Source of the DNA: Macrostomum lignano
Lineage: Eukaryota
DNA: 64,000 nt
Direction: 5' to 3'
NCBI GenBank assembly: GCA_002269645.1
Contig: NIVC01001795.1
Span: 104,559-168,558, forward strand
Positions 1-13,375 of the stretch are shown in pieces. A program made the translations under genes and the position numbers. How positions within the stretch are numbered: position 1 is the first letter of the stretch; each line of letters begins with the position of its first letter. The notes below the pieces were generated by a model that was not told where the DNA came from, did not search any database, and saw only the letters and a program-made list of their open reading frames with translations.

Positions 1-1913
1 AGCTCCTTTGGAAGCGAAAACCAAAGCTGCAGCTCCTCCCATCCCCAGCACCCTGACAGCCAAGGGACTTTTCCCCCAAAGCTCCTTCTCGCCATCTTCG
101 CTTCCCATCCCATCTCGATCCCGCGCTCCGCTTCCTCAAAAATCCCTCCAAGAATTTGCCCATGGCTCCATTTTTTACACACAGCGTGTGGCGAAGTGAT
201 TACAGCGGCAGGCAAAGCTAATTAATAGAGATCTCAGCAGATCCCCGGCACCCTGATCCCCGACCTCGGCCTCTGCTTCTCCGGCCGTGACTTTTCGCTC
301 CGCTCGGGGGCTCCAGCGACGACTTGATAAAATTGATGAGGCGTCCCCAGGGTCCCACAGCTGCCTGATCGACTTTCGAGGAGCTCGAACTTGGGACCCT
401 AGAGTGTACTTTTAGTGACACCAAGGAACACCGCCAGAAATCCGAAATTTGAAACCAAACTTCTTTTCTATTTTCAGACTGGTTTTTTTATAATTAGAGA
501 CAATTCGTTTATTCGGGTTCATCTTTCTCTAAATTTGGGACAGCTCTTCAAGCCCAGGACAGGCGGGGGCCCCATGGCAACCAAAGCCAATTACCGTCTG
601 TAGCAACATTTGATTCCCGTCAAAGATTTTTTGGGAGATTTTAGTTTTCTAACTGGGGCAACTGGGATCGCCGATGATCCCAGGAAAAACTGAGCGGGTG
701 GGGGAAGTTGAGAGCGGAAAGTTTGAAACTAAAATAATCTTTTGCTACAAGAGAAGAGAACCTTGTCCAACACACTTCTGCTCTCTGCACTGCTTTGCTA
801 TTTTCTGTCGTGCTTAAAGAAAATTTCAATGCAATCGAAGAAGCAAGAAGGAGCAAGCAAAGCGGGGAACGCTGCTTTTCCATCACGGGATCCAAACCGG
901 GGCCTGAAGAGGCAAAGCACTTCAATTGGTTAACCAGCAATTCCTGGATTGTCGGGCGGCTCCATCATCCAGTCTCCTCAGCGGCCCTCCTCAGGGAATG
1001 AGAGCGGGTTTTGTTCGAGCACTGGCATATCGATTCCTTCCGAATTTCCTGCACTTTACCGGCGTTGGGACTGGCGCGCTCGAGACGGGAGGAGCCGCTT
1101 GAAAATTTAACACCGAGGGTCATCTGGTTTGCAGCATCCCCCGTCTCGACTGCCTGTCTCTCTTCTAGGAGGAAAATTAACGGCTTCTTCTGCCTGTGCA
1201 ATCGCAGAGCAGCCCCGCCCCCCCCCCCCGCCTCATCTGTGAATTTTAATTCCCAATTCCAACCAATGCCCGACGAAAGCCAGCGAGCTCCCACCGAGGC
1301 TGCGCTGGGGCCGGAAATGCGAATGATTGTGGCAAAATAAATCTGTACAACTCAGATCTGATTTGGGAATTGGGAAGCGCCGAGAACACAGGCCGCTGTG
1401 CTCTGGTGCAGCTTCTCTGAAACTCTGCTCATACTCCCTCATCACTCCAACCTTCGTATTTCTCATGGACTGAAAGAACCTGGCAAGCAAGGCTTCTGCT
1501 CAATCAATTTCTGAATCTGTGAAAAACACACCGATTTGAGTTCAGTCTGGCATTTTTCTGGGTTATTAATTCTGTGCTCTGTGCTGTACACATTTTTTTA
1601 ATAATAATAATATAGTCTTAGTTCATGCAGAGTCTTTGTTTCAGAACCGAGACGAGGTGGGGGACCCCCGCGGTCGTTGCCACAGGGGGTTGTGGAAGTC
1701 CCTGTGTGGCCTCTTGAGTAAAAAATGTTGGGGGTTCGAAGCAAAACAGCGCCATACGCGCCACTGCAGCTCAACTGAGTTCATTCAAAAACAACCCCAC
1801 GAGTTCTCAGGAGCTCCCAGCGTGCGGCGGTTGTAAAACACACGAGCTCAAGTTCAATGGGCAAATGAGCTCATGCTCTATATAAATGCTATGCATGTTG
1901 GTTGTCCTTCGTT

Positions 1914-2334
<421 letters not shown>

Positions 2335-2980
2335 TATTGGTCACGTTTCTCTCGAATTCGTCACTCCAAATGCCATTCACCGGAGCCCCTCGAAGCCGGA
2401 CCAATCTGTCTGGAGTTATTGTAATGCTAATTTATATTTTCCTTGACTCTCCAAGGTCCCCCAGGCCCCCAGCCCCGCTCTATCAGTTGCCCCCGCTCGG
2501 AAGTCATGAGATAAAAGCAATGGGATTCCCTAAAGAGGATCAAAGTTGACTTCCCCAGCCCCACCAGACAGATAAAGAAATTCTTCCTCAACCGCAGCTA
2601 ACAGCAGATTCGAGCCGCCAGTGATAAATTTGAGTCTTTGTACCAACCAAGACGGCAGGCAGACAGAGCCCTGGCGTTATTTATCACCCCACACCACCTG
2701 GCCTCCAGTCTGATCCCAAATCCCCTTCTGAAAATTGGCAGCCGGAATTATTTGTTGCATAACTCCGCAGAACACAGATAAATTGACAGTCGAAAGGTTG
2801 AAATAAATCTGCGCTGCTTTTTGTCTGCCTTTTTCAGATTGGGAAGAATCCCTCCTACCTGAGCCAATTGGCAGCGAGACAGGTGCGGCTGATAGGGCGA
2901 TTCAACATGTGATTGACGCGGGCAACTGGGGAGATTATGGGTTGGGAGGCTCAATCATAAGCAAATGGTATCAGAAGGTA

Positions 2981-3205
2981 AAAATGGCACTAGAATTCCC
3001 AAAAATGGCACTAGAATTCCCCAAAATGGCACTTGAATTCCCCAAAATGGCATTGAACTCCCCAAAATGGCACTTGAAATCCCCAAAATGGCATTGAACT
3101 CCCCAAAATGGCACTTGAAATCCCCTAAATGGCACTTGAAATCCCCTAAATGGCACTTGAAATACCAAACAAAATTGAAAATTGAAATTCCAAAATGGCA
3201 CTTGC
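2981..3205. repeat. 20-21-bp minisatellite AAAATGGCACTTGAA(A/T)TCCCC
   Basis: About 9 units. Confidence 0.92.
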
Positions 3206-3676
3206 TCTTTAAAACCCCAACAAGAGGCCCTTAAAGCTCTCGAACTCAAAATTACTCGAATAGAAAACTAAAAAACTTCAACAAATCAATTTTAACAAAC
3301 TGCTTGACTCACCTTGAAATCAGAAATTCCTTCGAAAACAAAATATTTGAAGCAAATTTCAACTCGATCTCAAACTCGACTCATCGCTCTCAAGCCTCGG
3401 ATCGGTGGGCAGTTTTTGATGGCGACAGACTGATGACGAACGGCTGCCAGTCTCCGGGCGGGAATCTGGTTGGGCGAGTCAAAGTTGGGAATTGCGGGAT
3501 TTTGTCGCAAATTGGTAACTGGTCAATTTCTGTTGCTCGGCATTGTTCGATCTTGGAAGCGTCTTCTTGCTACACGAAGACCGCACAGACCAGAGCTCTT
3601 CTGCTTTTGCAGCGGCAAGAAATTCCCTCGCAAAGAAATGAAAGCCTCTCTAAACACAGGGGGTGAAGCAGCCGAG

Positions 3677-3719
3677 CTCCCATTGGCTGGCCGCGGCTGG
3701 CGCTGACAGCCAATGGGAG
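3677..3719. promoter_or_regulatory. Inverted pair of CCAAT (NF-Y-type) boxes
   Basis: Perfect 13-bp arms CTCCCATTGGCTG / CAGCCAATGGGAG with a 17-nt GC-rich spacer. Confidence 0.4.
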
Positions 3720-3780
3720 ACTCGATGGCTTCAGAGGCAGCTCGAGTGAGGCCTGGGCCAGCGCCAGGCAGGGACCTGAG

Positions 3781-4270
3781 AGCTCCCCTCATCTCACCCT
3801 CTTCTCTGCCTCCCTACATCTCACCCTCTTCTCTGCCTCCCTTCATCTACCTCTCTATCCTCTGTCTCCCTTCATCTTCCCCCTCAACCTACTGTCTCCT
3901 TTCATCTCCGTCTATTCCTACTGTCTCCCTTCATCTCCGTCTATTCCTACTGTCTCCCTTCATCTCCCCCTCAACGTAATATCTCCCTGCATCTCCCTCT
4001 CTACCTACTGTCTCCTTTCATCTCCTTCTCTACCTACTGACTCCCTTCACCTTCATCTTACCCAGTCTCTCCCTACATCTTCCTTTCTACCCTCTGTCTC
4101 CCTACATCTCCCTCTCTACCCTCCGTCTCCCTTCATCTTCCTCTCTACCCTCTGTCTCCCTGCATCTCCCCCTCAACCTACTGTCTCCTTTCATCTCCAT
4201 CTTACCCACTCCCTCCCTACATCTCCCTCTCTACCCTCTGTCTCCCTACATCTCACCCTTCTACCCCAGC
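3781..4270. repeat. Pyrimidine-rich degenerate array (about 29 bp)
   Basis: CATCTCCCTCTCTACCCTCTGTCTCCCT variants. Confidence 0.85.
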
Positions 4271-4914
4271 TTCCCTCTTTTGCAGCGCCGCGCCCATCTA
4301 ATTCCCACCTGAAAATGGGGATAATCATACAGCTAATGCTGGGGATTCTGAGCAGCCCATCCGTGGCAGGCAGACATGGCACTGACAGAAATCGCTCTCA
4401 TTTCGTTGATAAAAGCTTCTTCACAAAAGCCAAACCCATCTGGGAGTGAATGGCAATCGTTTGGGGGCAAAGAGCAGGGCCCGCATATTTCTCCTCACAG
4501 CAAGGCACAATGGAGAGGAGATCCCGTCCTACTTAGCCTTGGGAGCCGTTATTGTCGACAGCTTATGGGAGCAGAGATCTCAGGCGGGGATCGGTTCGCT
4601 GTGTTTGTGCTCACCGGGAGCTCTGATTTTGTTATTAAGCAAAAAATCGTGCATCGTCTGCTCCCTTTGTCTGGGCTCCGGCATTTCGCCTCGCAATCGG
4701 AGATTAAAAAATGACTATCTGGGTGAGAAATTAGTCGGCATTTTGGAGTATTTTTTCAGAGAAACAGGGGGAGTTAAAGGGATCCGAGAGCAATCAGGGA
4801 ATTAAGTGCCTGCGATGCAATTGAATGATTGCAAATTCTTGTTGAGGATTGCTTGTTGAGGATGGAGAGGTCGAGCTGAGATGGGATCTGAATTTTGGGG
4901 ATTTTATATTCTCA

Positions 4915-5140
4915 GAGGGGAGAGAGGGGAATGAGAGAAGAGAGAGGAGAAGGGAGAAGAGAGAGAGGAGATGAGTGGTGAGAGAAGGGAGAGAGGAGAA
5001 GGGAGAAGAGAGGGGAGATGAATGGTGAGAGAAGAGAGAGAGGAGAAGGGAGAGAGGAGATGAGGGGTAAGAGAAAGGAGAGAGGAGAAAAGAGAGGGGA
5101 TATGACAGATGGGAGATGATGGGCAAACAGGAGGAGGGGG
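4915..5140. repeat. GA-rich low-complexity tract
   Basis: GAGAGGAGAAGG variants. Confidence 0.8.
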
Positions 5141-7679
5141 TAGCGAGTGAGTCTGCAACAGTTGATGCCACTGATAGCAGAAGAGTTTTTCGCACAGCGC
5201 GTCCTCCAGGCCAGGGCCGGACCGAAAGTGCCCTCAGTGTGTGCAGAAAAAATTTCTGTTTCATTGGAGCTCAGCCAGATCTGCTGAGCCGAAATTGAAT
5301 TTCTATGCCAGCTTTAGTTATCTGCGCAGCTAGAAAAGGCAGATAGGGGGGCAAGGTAGCAAAGCAGGTACAGGTAAAGGTACCAGGCTTAATCCTTTGT
5401 CCCTGCCTCGAAAGCGGAACGGAAGAGAGAGCTTCCACCTGCGCAATATATTCGTGCAAATCTCCGGGGCAATGATTTGATATTTAGGCTCGGGTTTGGA
5501 TACAATCTCGGGCGGGTAAATCGCTGACTGAGCCTTCAAGAATTCGCTGGTATGTTGCGGTTAAGAAGGCTCCGATCGGAGTGGCCGGCCCGCACTCTGC
5601 AGAGATTTACGCAGCGCTGCACGGAACCCCCCCCCCCGGCAGTTATTTAAGGTGAATTCGCGGCTGCAAGATGCATTTTACCGAGCGCTTGGTTGACATG
5701 GAAAGCACACAACAAGAGTGACTGTCAGGGAAGGGACAGCACTATTTGCGAAGGACGCGTGCTGCTGACCATTAAGATGGAAGAAAAGCGCCGTGCAAAG
5801 TTTGCGTCAGTTCTGGCTGCTTTTTTGACATCAAGGAAGTTGGAAAAAACCAGCCCTTGGCCAAAGTACCGCAGAAGCGCCTGCCCGCCAATTCTCTATT
5901 ATATGTAGGCCTGCAAACTTTCTGAAGTTTATCTCTTATGGCTCCGCTGTTGACGGAACCGCTCGCCTCTAGGGGCAGCAACGTGCCGAAGAAAGGTCGC
6001 TAAAGACGGACGCCCCCCCCCATTTCGCATTTTATAGAGAAGTCGCCGCCAATAAACCGATTTGCACAGCCAGAGCGAAGCCAGAAGCATAAATATTGAC
6101 CGTGGTCGGCTCAATTCGCTGAATTCTGCCAGCTTCACCCAACCCGAAAGCTGATGAGAACCGCCCATCGTGTTGTTAATGGACAGTTTATGGAGAGTTG
6201 AGTGGCACAAGAGGATTAAAATAAGCAGACAGACAGTCAAAGAGAAGCTAAGAATTTGTAAGGGAGCTGCGGTAAGCTGAACCCGAGGTCGCACACTAAA
6301 GGATATGCATTCAAACTCAAACATCAAACACACATCTGCCGTGATCACAATAACTGCAGATCACGCTTCGTTGGTCCATCATGAAAGCAATCGCCAGGTA
6401 ACGTCGAATACGGCTACCTGTAGCCGGGGCAGCTGCCCGAAGATTGACAGAGGACCGCTGGTCCAAGGCAGGGGTCAGGCCAGCCGTCCTCCCCCAGCGG
6501 GAGGTTCAAAGCGTTGCTAATGAGGACTTGGACGTCTGGAAAGAGGTGCAGATGATGGAAGCTGGAGTGATGCCATCGCCAATAATGGCGGGATAGACGG
6601 TTCCGCTTTGCTCCCCGCAAATTCGGATGGAAGCGCACCGCCTCCTCACGGAAGTGGCGGTTGAATCAGTGATGACTGAAATCGTGAGACCACCTGTGGG
6701 GTGGGGGCGGTGATTCTGCTCCTTTTCAATTTTTTGTTGCCTTCATAAAACTCTGGGCTCAGATTTTGGTGTCTCCCTGGTTTCAGTTGCCAAGCAGGTC
6801 ACGGGTTTCAATATTCCGCTCCCCCCAGTCTGTTATCTCGTTACTTTTTTGTTACAAACCCAGTGCAGCATCGACAGATATTTGAAACCGCGAGAGTTCT
6901 GCGCACAAAGACGAGCTGTCACTCCGGTGTCCATCGATCCGCCTTGTGGGTCGCCTTGTTTCTTCATTTGCGCGCCACCTTTTTTGCTTCTGGTCTTTCT
7001 GGTCCTCATCCATCATGACCGACCCCCGTGCAGCAGCCACTGATTGATGAAGCGAACTGGGGCTGTTGCAGTTTCTTATTTTCACACCTGGACAGCTCAG
7101 ACTCTTGAATGACTATTTTATTGGGGAATTTTTTCCCTGACAATCACAGGAAATCCGCTGTCCAGCCTCCCATTCAACATCCTCATTAAGCGGCCGGTCA
7201 TGTTTATGGCTGCTAATTCCCCCAGACATTTTATGACGGGCACGGTTTACAGTTAAATGGCTACTTTTTTGCGGGGTCACCCCGTGCATGCAGATTCGCT
7301 CGTAAAATCATTTAATTGATGTCGAGCAGCCGGGGTGGCGAGTTGGTCACCAGATTCTGCATTTTCTGGCCGGGCTGAAATCCGGACACAGCGCTGAGAG
7401 GGCAGACTAAACAATGGGAGGGCAACCCGGGGACAACGCCCAGAATAAAGGAACACAAAACAGAAATTTTTGACGGCAAATTTTTTGTTTAAAATTACAT
7501 CAATTTTGTTTTAATCTACAAACAGACAAGCGGACTGGGTGTGTCCGCATTTCCGCTTTTCCAATTCACTGAGTTTGAAAACCTGCATTTCATAATTAAG
7601 CCGTTTCAATCATTCATGACTCGGATATCCATTTTCAAATGATTTGCCATCTCTTTGAGAGCAAACTCGCGCACCTCCT

Positions 7680-8302
<623 letters not shown>

Positions 8303-8981
8303 CTTATCAATTACACCGAGCATTTCCGAGTCTCTGTCACACCAAGTTAGCATCCCGCCCTACTCGATATAATATTCGCACTGCAGCTGCCATCTGTCCC
8401 CTCTCCAGCGCTGACCCCCTGTCGCCCTCCATTCGCCCATCCAAAGCCGGGCATAATTGGCCCTCGCCGAGTAGCCCACAAGTGGCTTCGCGACGATGTT
8501 AGGCGAGGAGGCGTCACAGCGCGGGGCTTCCGAGCGCATCAGAGCGGAAGCTGATGGCCGGGACGAGTCCGCCGCCGCCGCCTCGGGGCTCCGGGCGGCT
8601 CATCTTGTGCGCCACTTTGAGCGAAACGATGAACTCAGCTCTGCTCAACCCAGCCTCCCGCACTCGGCGTCATCATCAACTCTGCTAGCGACGCCCCGCG
8701 GTGAGCGCTAGCCGGCGCACCATCTGGTGTCGGGCGGTTTGCGCAACCGCTGAGGGAATCCGGGGCGGGTGCGGGGTGTCGCTAATCCCCCCGACAGCCG
8801 TGATGAGAGCTGGGAGATCGCGTTGAGTCAAGTGTCTGATGTTTTTGTCTGGGCTTTTATTGTTGAGCTTTGAATGAAAGGCGAGCGGCAACCATTGTGG
8901 TCTGCTGCACGCATGGCTGGCCAAGTATATTGGGGGACTCAGACTGTCAGCTCACAGCGTCCTCTGCCGGGGCTGCGACCA

Positions 8982-9429
8982 TCTCAGTGTCTGTCTCAGT
9001 GTCTGTCTCAGTGCCTGTCTCAGTTTCTGTCTCAGTATCTGTCTCAGTGTCTGTCTCAGTGTCTGTCTCAGTTTCTGTCTCAGTATCTGTCTCAGTGTCT
9101 GTCTCAGTGTCTGTCTCAGTGTCTGTCTCAGTGTCTGTCTCAGTGTCTGTCTCAGTGTCTGTCTCAGTGTCTGTCTCAGTTTCTGTCTCAGTATCTGTCT
9201 CAGTGTCTGTCTCAGTGTCTGTCTCAGTGTCTGTCTCAGTGTGTGTCTCAGTGCCTGTCTCAGTGTCTGTCTCAGTATCTGTCTCAGTGCCTGTCTCAGT
9301 GTCTGTCTCAGTGTCTGTCTCAGTGTCTGTCTCAGTGTCTGTCTCAGTGTCTGTCTCAGTGTCTGTCTCAGTGTCTGTCTCAGTGTCTGTCTCAGTGTCT
9401 GTCTCAGTGTCTGTCTCAGTGTCTGTCTT
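8982..9429. repeat. 12-bp minisatellite TCTCAGTGTCTG
   Basis: About 37 units. Confidence 0.97.
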
Positions 9430-10109
9430 AGCTAAAATAGTGTCGCTCCATCAGCAACAGGCGTTCACCTCATTGGGGATAAAATCCTCACCGAGTCGAG
9501 CCCAATCCAGGTCATGTGCGCCCCCCCCCCCAACTTTTCCGTCATGTCAATTTCGCAGCGCGGCAATCAGAGAGCGGCAGGCAGGTAAAATTCGTGCTCA
9601 TTAAACCAATCTCCCTGATACACACGAATACAAGTTTTGAAATCTCTGGGATAAAAGATTCGGGAGGGGATTTTAATCCTCAAGCCAATGTCAGGGGAAA
9701 ACCGGCAGCGTTTCACTTTCAATCCGAGCCGATGGGATCTTAAGAGGGGATTTGCGGCCGCAAACAAGGCAGCCCCAACCCCCTCCCGTTTCAGCTCCGA
9801 TGTCATCTGCGAAGGCAACTCTCTCGAGCGACGAGCGAAGATTGAAATGATTCCGTCTGGTTTCCATGGCAACAAAAAGGGGATGGAAAAATGGATGGGA
9901 TGATGGGTGAGGCTGCTCAGAATTCAATGCATGCAGCTCTCGGGCTGCATTTGCTTTAAGCAAGAGTGAATTTAGAAAGTCTGGATATGCAGAAAATTAA
10001 TCAAAATATTTGCTGTACTTTGAATGCAGATCTATAGGCACAATATATCTATAATCACCAAATCTATAGGCACCCAGCTTTTAGTCGATGGATTGCAAGG
10101 TAGATATTC

Positions 10110-10545
10110 GTAGGCACTAGATCTATCGACACAATCGATCCATCGGTACTAGATCTATAGACACTATAGATCAATCGGTACTAAATCTATAAACACACCG
10201 GATCTATCGGTACTAGATCTATAGACACACCGGATCTATCGGTACTAGATCTATAGACACACCGGATCTATCAGTATTAGATCTATAGACAAAGAGGATC
10301 TATCGGTATTAGATCTATAGACACACCGGACCTATCGGTATTAGATCTATAGACACACCGGATCTATCGGTATTAGATCTATAGACACACTGGATCTATC
10401 GGTACCAGATCTATAGACACACCGGATCTATCAGTATTAGATCTATAGACAAAGAGGATCTATCGGTATTAGATCTATAGACACACTCAATCTATCAGTA
10501 TTAGATCTATAGGACCTATCGATACAATATCTATAGCATCAGATC
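10110..10545. repeat. 32-bp minisatellite AGATCTATAGACACACCGGATCTATCGGTA(C/T)T
   Basis: Period 32 (10201 to 10233); degenerate edges. Confidence 0.93.
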
Positions 10546-11334
10546 TATTGAAAGTTGATCCAAAAGTTCATCAGAAATCTCACGCACTGCAGCCTACGGA
10601 AGCCCCATCACACATCGCATCAGAGCAGAGCCGCAAGGGTGCCATTGCTAACAATTAATCGGTTATTGATGAGCTACCGTCCAATGTGGGGAGTCCAGAC
10701 GAGGCCCAGAGGCTCCCCAGTTGGCTGTTGCTTTAAGCTGCCATCCCCGGTGCAAATATTGATCAGGCAGGGTGCACTCTGCCGCAGCCGCGCACTACCA
10801 CCACTCCGGCACTCCTGGCTGAGTCTCACAGGGCGGCTGCGGTCTCAGAAGTGAGAGCGAGTCTCCCGGAGGGAAAGCCCTTTAAGAAATCCTCTTCTCA
10901 CCTCCCGTGTGTTGTTTCCGTGTCTACCTTAGCATGTCTTGCGGCAGAAGGATAAGAGAGGCGAGCTGCCGCTCTGCAAACGCGCCTCGTGTCAAACATG
11001 CAAATATTGATCCTAGGAGCAGAAACACACAGTGCCAGCACTGAATCAACACCCTGAGGCTCAAGTGCTTCGAGAGGAGCGAATGGCTGTTGAGCTGCCT
11101 TTGGGAAAGACTCACTCCGCCCACTGCTCTCTGTTCTCTTCTTCTGCCATTGTTCATTTCGATTTCATTGCCGGAGAATGTGGCGCCGCCCCCTCACTAG
11201 TTTAACTGCTTTGTCGAAATTAGTTTCAATAAGTGACTGTTTTGTCCCTTGAAAATTTCCTACTGAAATGACGGAAACAGTAAAAAAAATTATTTAAATT
11301 AAAACAGAAGAAGAAAGAGGGTTGGATAGGCTTT

Positions 11335-11965
11335 GTGGAGAGGAGAGGAGAAAGGAGAGACAAGAGGGGAGAGAGGAGAGAGGAGAGAGGAGAGGGGAGA
11401 GGGGAGAGAGGAGAGGGGAGAGAGGAGAGGGGAGAGACAAGAGAGGAGAGGGGAGAGAGGAGAGGGGAAAGGGGAGGGAGGAGATGGGAGAGACAAGAGA
11501 GGAGAGGGGAGAGAGGAGAGAGGAGCGGAGAGAGAGGAGAGAGGAGAGAGGAGAGGGGAGAGAGGAGAGAGGAGAGAGGAGAGGGGAGAGAGAAGAGAGG
11601 AGCGGAGAGAGAGGAGAGAGGAGAGAGGAGAGGGGAGAGAGGAGAGAGGAGAGGGAGAGAGGAGAGAGGAGAGAGGAGAGGGGAGAGAGAAGAGAGGAGC
11701 GGAGAGAGAGGAGAGAGGAGAGAGGAGAGGGGAGAGAGGAGAGAGGAGAGGGGAGAGGAGGGAGGAGAGAGGAGATGGGAGAGAGGAGAGAGGAGGGAGG
11801 AGAGAGGAGATGGGAGAGAGGAGAGAGGAGGGAGGAGAGAGGAGAGAGGAGAGAGGAGAGGGGAGAGAGGAGAGAGGAGAAAGGAGAGAGGAGAGGAGAG
11901 AAGAGATGGTAGAGAGGAAGAGGCAGAGTTAGAGGGAGAGGCGGCAGAGGAGAGGAGAGGAGCGG
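11335..11965. repeat. (GAGAG)n purine array
   Basis: Direct inspection. Confidence 0.95.
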
Positions 11966-12368
11966 GGAGCACAGACTGAAGAATTAGGACACAGAGACAG
12001 CCCGGAACCAGGTCAACTCCGCACGGTCGGGTGGCAACCGAGATCAGCTCGAATTTTCAAGTCCATACGGGGGGCCACCGGAAGCAGCGCAGCCGCCGCA
12101 CGAACTTTCAGCTGAAACTGCAGCACCTGCAGGACCTGCCGGCTCGATTCTTCGAGCAGAAAAAATGAAAGACGACATTTTTTCGAGACGCACTGAACTC
12201 CGCTTTTCCGCTCCGATGAATTTATAAGAGTTGCAGCCATTCTGTACAGAGATCTGCTGGCTAAACTCCTTCAAGTAAGCAGTGGCTGAGACTTACGGGG
12301 CTTTGCTGTGAGAGTGCTTCCAGAATTTTGTCTGTAAACTGGTAAAAATTGCACCATCAGACAGTGTG

Positions 12369-12570
12369 GGAATCGGACAGAGTGGAAGGGGAATCAGACA
12401 AAAGGGAAGGGGAATCAGACTGAATGGAAGGGGAATCAGAGAGGGTGGAAGGGGAATCAGACTGAATGGAAGGGGAATCAGACAGAGTGGAGGGGAATCA
12501 GACAGAGTGGAAGGGGAATCAGACAGAGGGGAAGGGGAATCAGACAGAGTGGAAAGGGAATCAGACAGAA
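12369..12570. repeat. 21-bp minisatellite GGAATCAGACAGAGTGGAAGG
   Basis: About 9 units. Confidence 0.92.
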
Positions 12571-13111
12571 AAGAAGATCAATTAAAATTCAAGAGCCAAC
12601 CGGGATGTGGGAGACCCGGCCGTCCCCAACCTGCAAGCCCTGCAAGCCGCGGCCACAGCAGGCAGGTAAGTCGGTAATGACCCCGTGGCTGCGTCCGATG
12701 AGCAGATAAAAAGCTGAGCATCCGTGACCAGGCTCAGAGCCTCTTACCCCGCAGCGCTAATTCGGCGGCAGGCAAGAGAGGGGAAGATAAAAGCTGAGAA
12801 AATCCCCAATTCAAAAGGGCCCGCCATGGGGGAGTTGCTCCTCCACTTTCCCTGCGCCAGTCAGTCCTTACCGATTTTTCCCCACAAGGGCGGCAGTGAT
12901 GATGTAATCTGATTATTTATTGATCGCGCGGACACGGAGACTGAGGAGACGGCTGGGGGCGGAGGCGGATCCGTGCCGGCCATAATTCCCTAAGCATTTT
13001 TACCCCCAGGCCCGGCCGGAATCGCTTTGATTTTTCCCTCTCGCTTTCTTTCAATCTTCATCCGTTTTTTCACCAGTCGAGAGTTTTTCCTCCTGTATTG
13101 CGTAACCCGCA

Positions 13112-13375
13112 TGGGCTGGCGATTAACAATGTTAGTTTCGATACATGTCGGGTGGGCTAGGGATTAACAATATTAGTTTCGATACATATCGGGTGGGCTG
13201 GGGATTAAAAATGTTAGTTTCAATACATGTCGGGTGGGCTGGGGATTAACAATGTTAGTTTCGATACATTTCGGGTGGGCTGGGGATTAACAAAGTTAAT
13301 TTCGATACATTGTTAATGTATCGAAATGTATCGAGGTGGGCTAGGGATTAACAATGCTAGTTTGATACATGTCGG
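13112..13375. repeat. 41-bp minisatellite GGGTGGGCTGGGGATTAACAATGTTAGTTTCGATACATGTC
   Basis: Period 41 (13150 to 13191); about 6 units. Confidence 0.92.

Noticed and set aside
6402-6660. Protein-like open frames of 45-60 aa here and at 21029-21198
   Set aside because: No convincing splice sites or motifs; such frames arise by chance in GC-rich DNA
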